Below, piece after piece: positions 15,964-25,163 of a DNA stretch of 64,000 nucleotides. The number at the start of each line of letters is the position of its first letter. Position 1 is the stretch's first letter. The DNA comes from Enterobacter phage KKP_3711, in the sequence record PP579741.1; one strand, written 5' to 3'. The notes under the pieces were generated by a model, which was given only the letters and a program-made list of their open reading frames with translations, did no database searches and was not told the origin of the DNA. The position numbers were made by a program, and so were the translations under genes.

Positions 15964-16623
15964 GTGGATAAATTTTTACAATTGTTAACGGTATTAGTAG
16001 CTGAAATTAAGAATCCAACTACATTTTTATTAAGAATGATAGGTGCGATCCTTTGTGTTATATTGTGGCTAATAATTACTAACACCTCGGAGGTAATTTC
16101 TTACCTAAAAACCTTTTCAACTAGTTCCGTTCTACGGGATGTTCAGGAACAGCGTATAACTAACTTCCCCAGTGTTGCCCGTGAGAAGTCAATGATGCTT
16201 TTCTCACAAACAGGTGCTGATGCTGTGTTCGTTATGAAATACAAACCTGAATCAATTAATGATTACCAAAATATTATTGCCTGGGAGGGTAATAAGCCAA
16301 TAGATCAGTACGATCTAGGGGATAAAGCAGTAGACAAAACTTCAGAGTTGTACCGTCGCCACTTAGACGGGTTTAATTATTCTTTTACAATCTCTACACC
16401 AGCTAAATCCTCTTACTACGGTAAGAGCTTCCCAGTTTTAAAAAATATTAAGTTCTCATTCGTCTACACTTGTCCCTATTTTAACTTGAATAACATTTAC
16501 TCAGGATATATAGGTATGGGTTGGGAAAACGTCCCCGTTGAACCTCAAGATATGGAGGGGTTTAAAGAGTATCTATCCAAGCTCTGTGATCCACAGAGAA
16601 GAGCGTTAGGAAGGGCAATATAA
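15964..16623 (+). CDS. holin candidate (219 aa)
   Basis: N-terminal TM helices; directly upstream of endolysin with ATGA overlap; size matches the T5 holin. Confidence 0.55.
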   Translation: MDKFLQLLTVLVAEIKNPTTFLLRMIGAILCVILWLIITNTSEVISYLKTFSTSSVLRDVQEQRITNFPSVAREKSMMLFSQTGADAVFVMKYKPESINDYQNIIAWEGNKPIDQYDLGDKAVDKTSELYRRHLDGFNYSFTISTPAKSSYYGKSFPVLKNIKFSFVYTCPYFNLNNIYSGYIGMGWENVPVEPQDMEGFKEYLSKLCDPQRRALGRAI

Positions 16624-17033
16624 TGTTCCGTTTTAGCAAAAAATCATTAGCACAACTAGACACGGTTGATCCGCGTCTTAAAGCCCTAGCAATTCAGGTT
16701 TTATCAGTATCACCTATTGATTTTACCATTGTTCAGGGTCGTCGTACAGTTGCACAAAGTGCACAAAATATTAAGAATGGTACTTCTTTCTTATCAGACC
16801 CTAGTAAGTCCAAACACGTTACCGGAGAAGCAATTGATTTTGCTCCTTATGTAAATGGTAAGCTAGACTGGGATGATCGTGAGAAATTCTGGACTATTGC
16901 AAAGCTGTTCAAACAGGAAGCTGAAAAGATGGGTATTAAAGTTCGTCTAGGAGCTGATTGGAATGGTAGTGGTAGTTATAAGGACGAAGTCCAGCGTGGT
17001 ACTTTCGATGGAGGCCATGTAGAGTTGGTATAA
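16623..17033 (+). CDS. lys: endolysin, L-alanyl-D-glutamate peptidase (EndoT5-like, M15/VanY fold)
   Basis: 136 aa; strong similarity to the T5 endolysin from memory (SPxDFTIVQGxRTVAQSAQNIxNGTSFLxDPSKSKH, DGGHVELV C-terminus). Confidence 0.8.
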   Translation: MFRFSKKSLAQLDTVDPRLKALAIQVLSVSPIDFTIVQGRRTVAQSAQNIKNGTSFLSDPSKSKHVTGEAIDFAPYVNGKLDWDDREKFWTIAKLFKQEAEKMGIKVRLGADWNGSGSYKDEVQRGTFDGGHVELV

Positions 17034-17036
17034 GCA

Positions 17037-17438
17037 ATGATTGCAGCATTATTTGGGTCCGCCCTTATGCACACAAACATTGCAGTCATTATTTTCTTAG
17101 CATTAATAATGATAGCCCTTATTTTCGGGATTCATTTTAAAAATAAAAAGATAATGAAATACTCCAAAGCCTTAATACATACGTTATTAGGGCTTTTTGG
17201 TGTTTTCAGGTGCCAGGACGGAAAAGACTACTGCTACCTAGGGTTCAACCTCGGAGGTAGTAAATTAGCTGTAGCTTTATTGCTAGAGTTAGGAATGGTA
17301 GTATTTGCAGCACATGTAGGTGTAACTTTGTTCTTGTTAGGAGTTGGAGTGACAGCCTTACATACTGTAAGTTCTCCAGTAATAGGGTATTTTATTTACC
17401 CAGCACTGTTAGCTTGTTTTCGTAAAAAATGTAGTTGA
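17037..17438 (+). CDS. membrane protein (133 aa)
   Basis: Multiple hydrophobic helices. Confidence 0.45.
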   Translation: MIAALFGSALMHTNIAVIIFLALIMIALIFGIHFKNKKIMKYSKALIHTLLGLFGVFRCQDGKDYCYLGFNLGGSKLAVALLLELGMVVFAAHVGVTLFLLGVGVTALHTVSSPVIGYFIYPALLACFRKKCS

Positions 17439-17444
17439 CTTTTA

Positions 17445-17473
17445 TCTATTTTCTTGATATAATATGTTTATAA
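17445..17473 (+). promoter_or_regulatory. T5-type early sigma70 promoter
   Basis: TTGACT-N17-TATAAT then tttataaattgg and RBS aggagg. Confidence 0.55.
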
Positions 17474-17474
17474 A

Positions 17475-17873
17475 TTGGAAATAGGAGGCTATATGTCAGA
17501 TCGGTTCTACTCACAAATGTGTCAGCATTATGATATTGCTCCGTGGGAACTGAATCTTGCACTTTGGTTTCCTGAATCTGATGAATACAACAAATTAGTG
17601 AGAAAGTCTATGCCAAAAGTTACTCGTAAAGATCTTGCTAAACAGTTCAAAGAAATTACGTCAACAGATATTGATATTTCTAAGCTCCCTCTAGCTACTG
17701 CGCTAGATGTGGTAGATTTTGTCAATAAAGGCAAGAAAGTGGAATTCGACATGCCTGAAGGACGTAGAAAAGATCCCTACATCACGGTTCTTCAGGATAT
17801 TTTAGGTAAATTGGATTTTTCTACTGCAACGGTTGCAGTGATGAAGGGTATTCTAGAGGTAATCAAACAATAA
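17475..17873 (+). CDS. hypothetical protein (132 aa)
   Basis: RBS aggagg. Confidence 0.5.
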   Translation: MEIGGYMSDRFYSQMCQHYDIAPWELNLALWFPESDEYNKLVRKSMPKVTRKDLAKQFKEITSTDIDISKLPLATALDVVDFVNKGKKVEFDMPEGRRKDPYITVLQDILGKLDFSTATVAVMKGILEVIKQ

Positions 17874-18127
17874 TGCAGAAACAAATTATCTTTTTCAAAG
17901 GTTCTAACTGTACACCATGCAAAATGGTAGAACCCGCTATGGAACGCATCAAAGAGAAGTACAAAGGCATCGTACAATATGTACGTGCTGTAGATGATAA
18001 TGTTTGGATGGCGAATTTTGGTATTCGTTCAGTTCCAGCCGTAGTAGTAATTGATGGTGATAAAGAACCAACAATCCTCCTTGGTAAGGACATTACTACT
18101 GCTAAGATCGAAGCTTTGATCAGTTAA
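17873..18127 (+). CDS. thioredoxin/glutaredoxin-like protein
   Basis: CTPC active-site motif near N-terminus, cis-Pro context SVPAVVV; 84 aa. Confidence 0.55.
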   Translation: MQKQIIFFKGSNCTPCKMVEPAMERIKEKYKGIVQYVRAVDDNVWMANFGIRSVPAVVVIDGDKEPTILLGKDITTAKIEALIS

Positions 18128-18133
18128 TTAACT

Positions 18134-18164
18134 AGCCAAACCTTAGCGGGTTTGGCTTTTTTAT
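18134..18164 (+). terminator. rho-independent terminator
   Basis: AGCCAAACC-TTAGC-GGGTTTGGCT plus TTTTTT. Confidence 0.6.
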
Positions 18165-18167
18165 TAC

Positions 18168-18196
18168 TTGCTTTCCACCTAAAATTTTGTTATAAT
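18168..18196 (+). promoter_or_regulatory. T5-type early sigma70 promoter
   Basis: TTGCTT-N17-TATAAT then tatataaattgaggag. Confidence 0.55.
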
Positions 18197-18223
18197 ATTT
18201 ATATAAATTGAGGAGAGTAATCA

Positions 18224-18493
18224 ATGAAAAACTTTGAAATCTACATTAACGATACCTACACTGTAGGACTTACTGGTTATTCTGCTATTGAAGTAGCTCA
18301 AGATGAAATTGAGTACGAAATTATAGATCGTAAATCTGGTGCAGGTCTGGATGATTTATTTACTGTTGAAGTAACTTATGAAGATACTTCTGCAATCTTG
18401 ACTATTGCAGCTGATACAAATATTTATTTAAACGAACTAGATGATATCATCTGGGAAGCTATTGCTGAAGAATTTGTTACGGAGACTAAATAA
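18224..18493 (+). CDS. acidic hypothetical protein (89 aa)
   Basis: RBS gaggag. Confidence 0.5.
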   Translation: MKNFEIYINDTYTVGLTGYSAIEVAQDEIEYEIIDRKSGAGLDDLFTVEVTYEDTSAILTIAADTNIYLNELDDIIWEAIAEEFVTETK

Positions 18494-19320
18494 TGCTACA
18501 GTTAATTCATAAAGCTGTGACTGTCCCAGACGACGCAGAATTATTTTTCGTAGGGGATATTCATGGTGAGTATGATCTTCTTATGAACACCCTGCATCTT
18601 GCAGGCTTTAATAAAAGTAAAGATTATTGTATTTGTGTAGGCGATCTTATTGATCGTGGTAAAGATAACTACAAAGTACTTGCCAAGTTTGTGTATGGTA
18701 GTGAAAGATTCCAGGCTGTTATGGGGAACCATGATGCATTTATGGGATATGCTAAACTGGAACATACATTTGCTAACTGGATTTATAATGGGGGTCGTTG
18801 GGTTTTAGACGATGGTCTTGATATAGATCAATTAGATGCTATGGGTAAGGATATTCGTGAACGCTTACCAGTATTTATGACAGTCTACCACCGTGGTAAA
18901 ACTTACGGTGTTGTACATGGCGGTGTCCCTAATATTTATCGAGGTAATGGCCGTCAGGATCCTGGTTATGAGGGATTAACTCGTAATTGGCATGCAATTA
19001 TTGCAGATGTCGGCTTATATATTGCGGAAAATCCTGATATGGGCTTGAAAGATATGGAATATCTGATTAGCCCTTATCTGTGGGATCGAGATGTAATTAA
19101 AGGAGGTCTAGACGGGGTTAAGTATCCTCCTGTTGAAGGGGTAGACTTTACTATTCATGGGCATAGCTTTGTTGAACGCCCTACAGCTATTGAAAATAGG
19201 TTGTACATTGATACTGGTGGAGTATTCAATGGCAGACTTACTGTAGCTTATCCTCATCTGGGGACTATTGCGACAATGACTACCACTGTAGATACAGATA
19301 CAGACTATAGGATATTTTAA
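18493..19320 (+). CDS. calcineurin-like Ser/Thr protein phosphatase
   Basis: GDIHG, GDLIDRG and GNHD metallophosphatase motifs. Confidence 0.65.
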   Translation: MLQLIHKAVTVPDDAELFFVGDIHGEYDLLMNTLHLAGFNKSKDYCICVGDLIDRGKDNYKVLAKFVYGSERFQAVMGNHDAFMGYAKLEHTFANWIYNGGRWVLDDGLDIDQLDAMGKDIRERLPVFMTVYHRGKTYGVVHGGVPNIYRGNGRQDPGYEGLTRNWHAIIADVGLYIAENPDMGLKDMEYLISPYLWDRDVIKGGLDGVKYPPVEGVDFTIHGHSFVERPTAIENRLYIDTGGVFNGRLTVAYPHLGTIATMTTTVDTDTDYRIF

Positions 19321-19321
19321 T

Positions 19322-19582
19322 ATGATTGATGATCTGCTTAAGATTTTAAAAGCTGTAAAAGAAGATTTTCGTGAGCTTTTAGTAGACGAACGTATTCCTT
19401 TAGAAAAGCGTATGGAATGGTTTGCAAATTATGCTGATGATTTTCTACCGGTAGAGTTTAATGATGGAGCAGATCATCTGTCTGTGGAAATGTCCGGCTA
19501 TTTAGAGGAAGGATATAATGAACAGGACTTAGAACGTATCAATAAAATTTTACATGATGGGATATCGGTGGTTGTGTCATGA
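19322..19582 (+). CDS. hypothetical protein (86 aa)
   Basis: ORF in track. Confidence 0.5.
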   Translation: MIDDLLKILKAVKEDFRELLVDERIPLEKRMEWFANYADDFLPVEFNDGADHLSVEMSGYLEEGYNEQDLERINKILHDGISVVVS

Positions 19583-19752
19583 TTAAGAAAATACTAAAAT
19601 TAATTCCAACCATTTTGTTAGGTTTTGTAATATATTTGTATGCCTCTTCGGTAAACTCAAGGCTGGAAAATATAGAGCAAGGATTTGAAAAAGGTGTTGA
19701 GCATTTCATGCTCAAACTTTACATTAAAAGGAATACAGTATATTTAATATGA
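19579..19752 (+). CDS. small membrane protein (57 aa)
   Basis: ATG overlapping upstream TGA; N-terminal TM helix; below ORF-track cutoff. Confidence 0.3.
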   Translation: MIKKILKLIPTILLGFVIYLYASSVNSRLENIEQGFEKGVEHFMLKLYIKRNTVYLI

Positions 19753-19802
19753 GTGTATCTTTTGTTTGCGACCTAAGTGAGCGAAATCAGGTAAAATCTG
19801 AA

Positions 19803-19831
19803 TTGCAAAAACACTAAAAATTCTGTATAAT
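19803..19831 (+). promoter_or_regulatory. T5-type early sigma70 promoter
   Basis: TTGCAA-N17-TATAAT with TG extension, then ttataaattggtgacaggag. Confidence 0.5.
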
Positions 19832-19865
19832 AGTTTTATAAATTGGTGACAGGAGTATCACAAAT

Positions 19866-20249
19866 ATGAATAACGCTTACTTAATCATCCATAACAATGT
19901 TGTTTGTGGTACTCGTGCCGTCGAAATGGGTATAACTGAAGAAAAGTATAAATCTCTTTCTGAAAAAGAACAGCAACATTATATGGAAGAAGCTGCCTGG
20001 GAGTATGCTGACGTATACCCTGAAGAAATAGATGGTCGTGTATCTATCGTTGTTAGTCTAGGTTTAGTAGGCTGTGACACCCATGTAGATACTGATGTGG
20101 ATAATTTAGAGGATTGGGATGCAATGGATGTTGCGGAACAAAACTCTATGGTTCGTCAGGCTTTCTGGGAGGCTGTGGAATGTCACGTAGTTTTTGAGCC
20201 TAATGATGCCGAAGCCGAAAAACATACTAATTGGGGGTACAGAGGTTAA
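19866..20249 (+). CDS. hypothetical protein (127 aa)
   Basis: ORF in track. Confidence 0.5.
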   Translation: MNNAYLIIHNNVVCGTRAVEMGITEEKYKSLSEKEQQHYMEEAAWEYADVYPEEIDGRVSIVVSLGLVGCDTHVDTDVDNLEDWDAMDVAEQNSMVRQAFWEAVECHVVFEPNDAEAEKHTNWGYRG

Positions 20250-20617
20250 TGGAAAGAGAATTTGATCGTTATGTTGTAATCAAAAACAGTCACGCAAAAC
20301 ATGCTTTGACTGAAGATGAAATTAAAGAGCTGTATCGCTTAGGTATGAAGTGTGCTGCGTGGCGAAAACAGAATGGGAAAATCCCGTTTAAATGTGTTGT
20401 AGTAGAACATGATTGGCCAGAATACGAGAGAGTCTGGAAAATGATTGAAGATCGAGTAGACGCCAAAGAAAATAGTTTTACTACAGATCGATATGCTGAA
20501 GGCTATGCTGATGCTTCCAGAGCATTCGTAGATAAAGGATTTTCTTTACTGCGGGGTATTGATTCATATTGTACTGGTTGGAACACTTACATGTGGAGCA
20601 CTAAAAATGAAAGTTAA
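20231..20617 (+). CDS. hypothetical protein (128 aa)
   Basis: Overlaps neighbours by short junctions. Confidence 0.5.
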   Translation: MGVQRLMEREFDRYVVIKNSHAKHALTEDEIKELYRLGMKCAAWRKQNGKIPFKCVVVEHDWPEYERVWKMIEDRVDAKENSFTTDRYAEGYADASRAFVDKGFSLLRGIDSYCTGWNTYMWSTKNES

Positions 20618-21203
20618 ATTCTGGGCTGACTTACATTTAGATCACCCCAAAGCATATACATTCCGTCCATGGTTTAAATCCATGGAAGAACATGATGAAT
20701 GGATTGCGGATACTCTAGCTGAAGCTATCGGTCCTCGCACAATTATTAAATTACTAGGAGATGCTTCTGTAGGCCGCAAAGGGCTGGAGACATTACAGAA
20801 GATCTTTAGTGATGCAAAATGCCAGAGTCTATTAGTTATGGGGAACCATGATGCAGAACGTCAAGGTATTAAGATGCGTGATCTAGTAGACGTCTATACT
20901 GATGTTCAAGCACTTACTAAACAAGGCAAAGAGTTCTGGTTATCACATGCACCTATTCATGAAAGTGAATTAAGAGGCAAAAAGAACATTCACGGACATA
21001 TCCACCAAGATGTTATTCGTGATCCACGATATATCAACGTTTGTGTTGATTATGCTAAAACACCTGTATCTTTGGAAGATATTGTCAGTGGCCACTACAC
21101 CAGCCATGATAAATATGTTGAGCCTTCTACTGGTAAAGTAAAGAAAATCAGTGAAGCACCAGCGACTCCTATGTCGGTTCATCAACCATTTATTCAGTGT
21201 TAA
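20607..21203 (+). CDS. metallophosphoesterase
   Basis: ATG 20607 preferred (MKVKFWADLHLDH); GDxxVG, GNHD and GHIH motifs. Confidence 0.6.
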   Translation: MKVKFWADLHLDHPKAYTFRPWFKSMEEHDEWIADTLAEAIGPRTIIKLLGDASVGRKGLETLQKIFSDAKCQSLLVMGNHDAERQGIKMRDLVDVYTDVQALTKQGKEFWLSHAPIHESELRGKKNIHGHIHQDVIRDPRYINVCVDYAKTPVSLEDIVSGHYTSHDKYVEPSTGKVKKISEAPATPMSVHQPFIQC

Positions 21204-21226
21204 AACTAGAAAATTAATTTTTGTAG

Positions 21227-21255
21227 TTGCTAAACATCGAAAACTTCTGTATAAT
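21227..21255 (+). promoter_or_regulatory. T5-type early sigma70 promoter
   Basis: TTGCTA-N17-TATAAT then ttcataaattgatg. Confidence 0.55.
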
Positions 21256-21289
21256 ATATTCATAAATTGATGAAAAGGAAACGAAAAAT

Positions 21290-21586
21290 ATGACTACTTC
21301 CGTAACTTCTAAAATGACTAAAGACGAACTGGTTAATGTTCTGATCATCCTTATGGATATCCCTAAAGCGGCAGAAAGTGGTTTTCGTACTTCAGTAACT
21401 AAACTTCCTCATGCAGTTCTCGTAACTATGTACGATGCATGGGTTAAAGCTAATAACAAGTGTGAACTTGCTAAGCGTGAGGCTCAGTTTGCTAAAGAAC
21501 GTGAAAAAGTAACAGATTCTCGTAATCATACTCTTGAACGTGATCTGGCTCGTGCAACCCGTAAACTGAAGGAACGCAAAGTATGA
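21290..21586 (+). CDS. hypothetical protein (98 aa)
   Basis: RBS aaaggaaacg. Confidence 0.5.
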   Translation: MTTSVTSKMTKDELVNVLIILMDIPKAAESGFRTSVTKLPHAVLVTMYDAWVKANNKCELAKREAQFAKEREKVTDSRNHTLERDLARATRKLKERKV

Positions 21587-21816
21587 AAGTAGAAAATAAA
21601 AACGCTGTTCATAGTTTAATGCTTGGTATTGCTTTTGGCTTCTCTATTATATCTGTTGTGACACTAGGGTTTACTGGACATAAAATCGGTAAACTTATTG
21701 AAGCTAACAATGCATTAGTTAAGAAAGTTGATAGGCAAGAGAAAATCATCCAGTTATTAGTAGATAATAATAACTATATAATTGGTAAGTTCGCTAAACT
21801 AGAGGACAAAAAGTAA
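21583..21816 (+). CDS. membrane protein (77 aa)
   Basis: TM helix; ATGA overlap. Confidence 0.45.
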   Translation: MKVENKNAVHSLMLGIAFGFSIISVVTLGFTGHKIGKLIEANNALVKKVDRQEKIIQLLVDNNNYIIGKFAKLEDKK

Positions 21817-22134
21817 ATGAATATTGCAATTCTAGGGTTAGTATTTCTAGTATTTTTGCTGTGGTATCGAGCGAATGCTCTGGAGAAACGAAATAAAACT
21901 CTAGAGTTGGCAATAGAGACATTAAATAATGATCTGACTGCTTTAGGTGATAAGCATAATCAAATGTGTCAGACATTTGTTGAATATACTGGGGCTCAGA
22001 AGCATACTTTTGAACAGATTCAAGTTGCTTTGTTTGCTTCTTCCGAACTTATGCAGATGATTGCAATAGATCAAGACAATACTAATGATCGGACTTCAGC
22101 GATTGAAGAAGTATTGGGTATTAAAGGAAAGTAA
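21817..22134 (+). CDS. membrane/coiled-coil protein (105 aa)
   Basis: N-terminal TM then coiled-coil. Confidence 0.45.
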   Translation: MNIAILGLVFLVFLLWYRANALEKRNKTLELAIETLNNDLTALGDKHNQMCQTFVEYTGAQKHTFEQIQVALFASSELMQMIAIDQDNTNDRTSAIEEVLGIKGK

Positions 22135-22413
22135 ATGGTTGTTACTTCAACTGTGATTTCAACGGCGGTAGCAGTAATATTTATTATTCTGCTATTCGCC
22201 TACATTATCTGGCTTCGTTATCAGCTTCGAAACGTTATTTTAACAAACAATGGACTATACTCCAAGCTAGAGGAAGTTAGTGTAGACAGAGACAGATTGC
22301 TCGCTGCTCTAGATAACAAAATTATTAAGAACAAAGAGGTAGAAGATATGATTTCTTCTGCTGAGAATCTTTCTAACGCGCAGAAAGTTTACATGATATC
22401 GAGGCTAAAATGA
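22135..22413 (+). CDS. membrane protein (92 aa)
   Basis: N-terminal TM helix. Confidence 0.45.
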   Translation: MVVTSTVISTAVAVIFIILLFAYIIWLRYQLRNVILTNNGLYSKLEEVSVDRDRLLAALDNKIIKNKEVEDMISSAENLSNAQKVYMISRLK

Positions 22414-22664
22414 TTGGTTTCTTTATTTTTCTAGCAATCTTCATTTTCTTGGGTGTGTATGCAACCATCACATCTAAATCAAAATTTACGGTAAATAATG
22501 TTCTGGTTAAGTCTGTACTGTGCTTGCTGTACGTCCTTAATGGCATTCTGTTCATTGGCTATGCAGGTTGCGCCTTAGTCCTTAAAGTCCCACACACTAT
22601 TGTGGAAAACCTAGCAGATACAGAAACTCAACTAGAGAGGGAGATCAAGAGTCGTGAAACTTAA
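22410..22664 (+). CDS. membrane protein (84 aa)
   Basis: Two TM helices. Confidence 0.45.
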   Translation: MIGFFIFLAIFIFLGVYATITSKSKFTVNNVLVKSVLCLLYVLNGILFIGYAGCALVLKVPHTIVENLADTETQLEREIKSRET

Positions 22665-22968
22665 GTATGAAGAACTCTTAAAACTCAGTGGATTAGCTAA
22701 ACTAGCTAATGATATTGATCTAGCTAAAAAATTAAATGATATGGCCGAAGAAGAGTGGAATCCTGGTACTTCAATGCCCCCTCTTTATCAAACTATTATC
22801 ATTCAGAAACGTACAGAAAATAAAGAGATAAAAGTACGACGTTTAGATTTACTTCCTGCGTACTCTGGCAAAGGTGAGAAATCTTACAGCAAGGTTCAGT
22901 TTGTAGATGTAGATTCCAATGAAATGATTGAATTATCTGCAAACGCCTTTGAATGGCGTAGAGCATGA
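22654..22968 (+). CDS. hypothetical protein (104 aa)
   Basis: ORF in track. Confidence 0.5.
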   Translation: MKLKYEELLKLSGLAKLANDIDLAKKLNDMAEEEWNPGTSMPPLYQTIIIQKRTENKEIKVRRLDLLPAYSGKGEKSYSKVQFVDVDSNEMIELSANAFEWRRA

Positions 22969-23014
22969 GTACTTTCCTAATCCTTTATTCACAAGAAATT
23001 GTTTGGAGCCTTAT

Positions 23015-23206
23015 ATGTTTAACCGTATTATTACTAATTATACTTTATTTTGGCTTAAACCGCTAAAATTTGAACGTGCAGTTGGTGTTATCGACTGGAC
23101 TGTGATTTGGTCTTTTATTTTTATCCTTGTGGGTCTTTCTACTCACGATGACGTTCCTTACCTGTTTATGGAACTGCGTAATTCACTCATTGCTGGAGGT
23201 TATTAA
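23015..23206 (+). CDS. small membrane protein (63 aa)
   Basis: Internal ATG of track ORF 22928 chosen to avoid a 40-nt overlap; TM helix. Confidence 0.3.
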   Translation: MFNRIITNYTLFWLKPLKFERAVGVIDWTVIWSFIFILVGLSTHDDVPYLFMELRNSLIAGGY

Positions 23207-23661
23207 TGGATTTGTCTGAGATTCTGAATGGTTATTTGAACGAAGAGAAGCAGTTTAATGACTGTTTTATCCAGATGTTTGTTAATTCCGATAACTCTCT
23301 GGCATTTGCAGATTTTAACCGTGTTCATGACACTAATTTTACTCATAAACAGATCATTAAAGCAATTCAAGATCTGACAGGTAGTAAAGTAGTTAAATAC
23401 TCTATCCCAGAATACGAACCTAGTCTGTTTGAAGATTTTAAAGAGGCTTATGAATTTGGTCTCTATAAAGTAGCTAAAGACTGGAATTTCTATCTTCACA
23501 CCATTTATGGTAAAGTATTACCGCGTGGCGAACTGTTAGGCTGGATTGCTAAGCAACATCCTAAACGTGTTCAAGGCTCTTTCCTTCCAACTCATGACGG
23601 GAATTTATATGCAAAAGAAGAATCAGTACCACGACCTAGTGCAGGAAGCGAAGAAGCTTGA
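23206..23661 (+). CDS. hypothetical protein (151 aa)
   Basis: ORF in track. Confidence 0.5.
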   Translation: MDLSEILNGYLNEEKQFNDCFIQMFVNSDNSLAFADFNRVHDTNFTHKQIIKAIQDLTGSKVVKYSIPEYEPSLFEDFKEAYEFGLYKVAKDWNFYLHTIYGKVLPRGELLGWIAKQHPKRVQGSFLPTHDGNLYAKEESVPRPSAGSEEA

Positions 23662-23680
23662 TATTAACTATCTAGCACAC

Positions 23681-23950
23681 ATGAATACGGTGGCAGAAGT
23701 CGCCGATTCATCTTACGATAAAATGGCTGCTAGTGAATGTCGCGCTCTAGGTATTTTAATGACAATGGCCTTGAGTATAGATGAAGAGACAGAGGGCATG
23801 AGTTATGAAGATAAATATACCATTCTTCAAACTTATATCACAGATTATGTTCAGGCTCGTTCAGATACTCTAGAACAGGTTATGCTTACTAGAAAGACAG
23901 ATACGGCTCTTTTAGAGTCCGCCCAACTTGAACCTAACCAGAAACATTAA
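23681..23950 (+). CDS. hypothetical protein (89 aa)
   Basis: Downstream ATG of track ORF 23546, which otherwise overlaps the previous gene by 116 nt. Confidence 0.4.
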   Translation: MNTVAEVADSSYDKMAASECRALGILMTMALSIDEETEGMSYEDKYTILQTYITDYVQARSDTLEQVMLTRKTDTALLESAQLEPNQKH

Positions 23951-23957
23951 TCTCCTG

Positions 23958-23986
23958 TTGACAAAAATAAAATAGTTTGATATAGT
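23958..23986 (+). promoter_or_regulatory. sigma70 promoter
   Basis: TTGACA-N17-TATAGT; followed by the agctacaagcct leader motif. Confidence 0.5.
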
Positions 23987-24027
23987 CATGAGAGTAGCAT
24001 GAAGCTACAAGCCTATAGGAGTTTATA

Positions 24028-24327
24028 ATGATCGAAGTAAAAGATTTAGTGTTTGTTAACAATAACACAACTATGCTGGTTAAGTTTGGCGGATACGAAG
24101 CTAAGTACACTGTTACCGAAGCTAAAGTAGAAGCTCTGAAAACTTGGCTTGGCGAAGAAGGTAAGCAACATATGGAGTTCTATAAGTATCTAGCTGATCA
24201 GAGTATTCCAGAAGTGCTTAACCAACCTGATACACTAGCGAAGGACGCTGCAACTGATGAAAACTTCTTTGAAGTTACTACCGATGCTCAGGGCATTAAA
24301 GTAATCAAGCCGCGCGTTACAGCTTAA
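24028..24327 (+). CDS. hypothetical protein (99 aa)
   Basis: RBS taggag. Confidence 0.5.
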   Translation: MIEVKDLVFVNNNTTMLVKFGGYEAKYTVTEAKVEALKTWLGEEGKQHMEFYKYLADQSIPEVLNQPDTLAKDAATDENFFEVTTDAQGIKVIKPRVTA

Positions 24328-24333
24328 TATTAC

Positions 24334-24365
24334 AGCCCAGCTCACCAGAGTCTGGGCTTTTTTGT
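24334..24365 (+). terminator. rho-independent terminator
   Basis: AGCCCAG ... CTGGGCT hairpin plus TTTTTT. Confidence 0.6.
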
Positions 24366-24383
24366 CTGTATAGGATTTGCACA

Positions 24384-24836
24384 ATGAAAAATAGGGAACT
24401 CACAAATAAACTTCTTCTAGAAGAAATGCAAAACTTTCCACTAAGAAAGTTCTTAAAAGCTGATGGATCGGTCAATACTAGGAAGATAAAACTAATGCAT
24501 AAAGATTTTCAGCAAGACGCATTAGATATGATATTCCTTAGCAAAGCTATTGATAGACATGGACAGTTCTTTGGTTATGAAGAAATGTCTTTTAAGACTA
24601 TGACCCAGCAAGTGAAAATCTATTGTCCAGATTGTGATAGTTATTTCATGCAAATTGCTAGAGATCATATAGCGGGTTCAGGATGTCCTAACTGCAAACA
24701 TAAAGTAATCACTAGAAAGACAGAAGTAGGTGATTTTACAGTTCCTTGTAAATTTCATAGATGGAATGTAGTTCCTGGTGAGTACATTGAATTTTACAGT
24801 TCTAGGGGAGAAGTACTAAAGATTTCACTTGTTTAG
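24384..24836 (+). CDS. zinc-finger protein (150 aa)
   Basis: CPDCDS ... CPNCKHK; start codon overlaps a GGATTTGCACAAT motif. Confidence 0.5.
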   Translation: MKNRELTNKLLLEEMQNFPLRKFLKADGSVNTRKIKLMHKDFQQDALDMIFLSKAIDRHGQFFGYEEMSFKTMTQQVKIYCPDCDSYFMQIARDHIAGSGCPNCKHKVITRKTEVGDFTVPCKFHRWNVVPGEYIEFYSSRGEVLKISLV

Positions 24837-24857
24837 TACTTAATTTTTTGATATAAT
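24829..24857 (+). promoter_or_regulatory. sigma70 promoter (weak -35)
   Basis: TTGTTT-N17-TATAAT then RBS gaggag. Confidence 0.35.
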
Positions 24858-24968
24858 ATGTGTATCAAATGAGGAGATAGATATGAGAATGAAAGCTCGC
24901 TGGATCGATGTAAGTAAGCTGGTTGTTGTACGTCGTAAAGATGGTACTTATTATACTAAGGTGAAAGC

Positions 24969-25163
24969 ATGACAGTTATTGCAACTCGTGTTGAAGATGG
25001 TCTCAATATTTTTGTCCATGATAAAAATGGGCAAATTAAAGTAGAAATTAACGGTACATTTATTAATGCTACTAATACATCTACAGATATTTGGGATTCA
25101 TTAGACTTTGAACAAAAAGAGGCACTGCTAGACTATTACGTGTCTATCTATCGGAGTTATTAA
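24969..25163 (+). CDS. hypothetical protein (64 aa)
   Basis: ORF in track. Confidence 0.4.
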   Translation: MTVIATRVEDGLNIFVHDKNGQIKVEINGTFINATNTSTDIWDSLDFEQKEALLDYYVSIYRSY

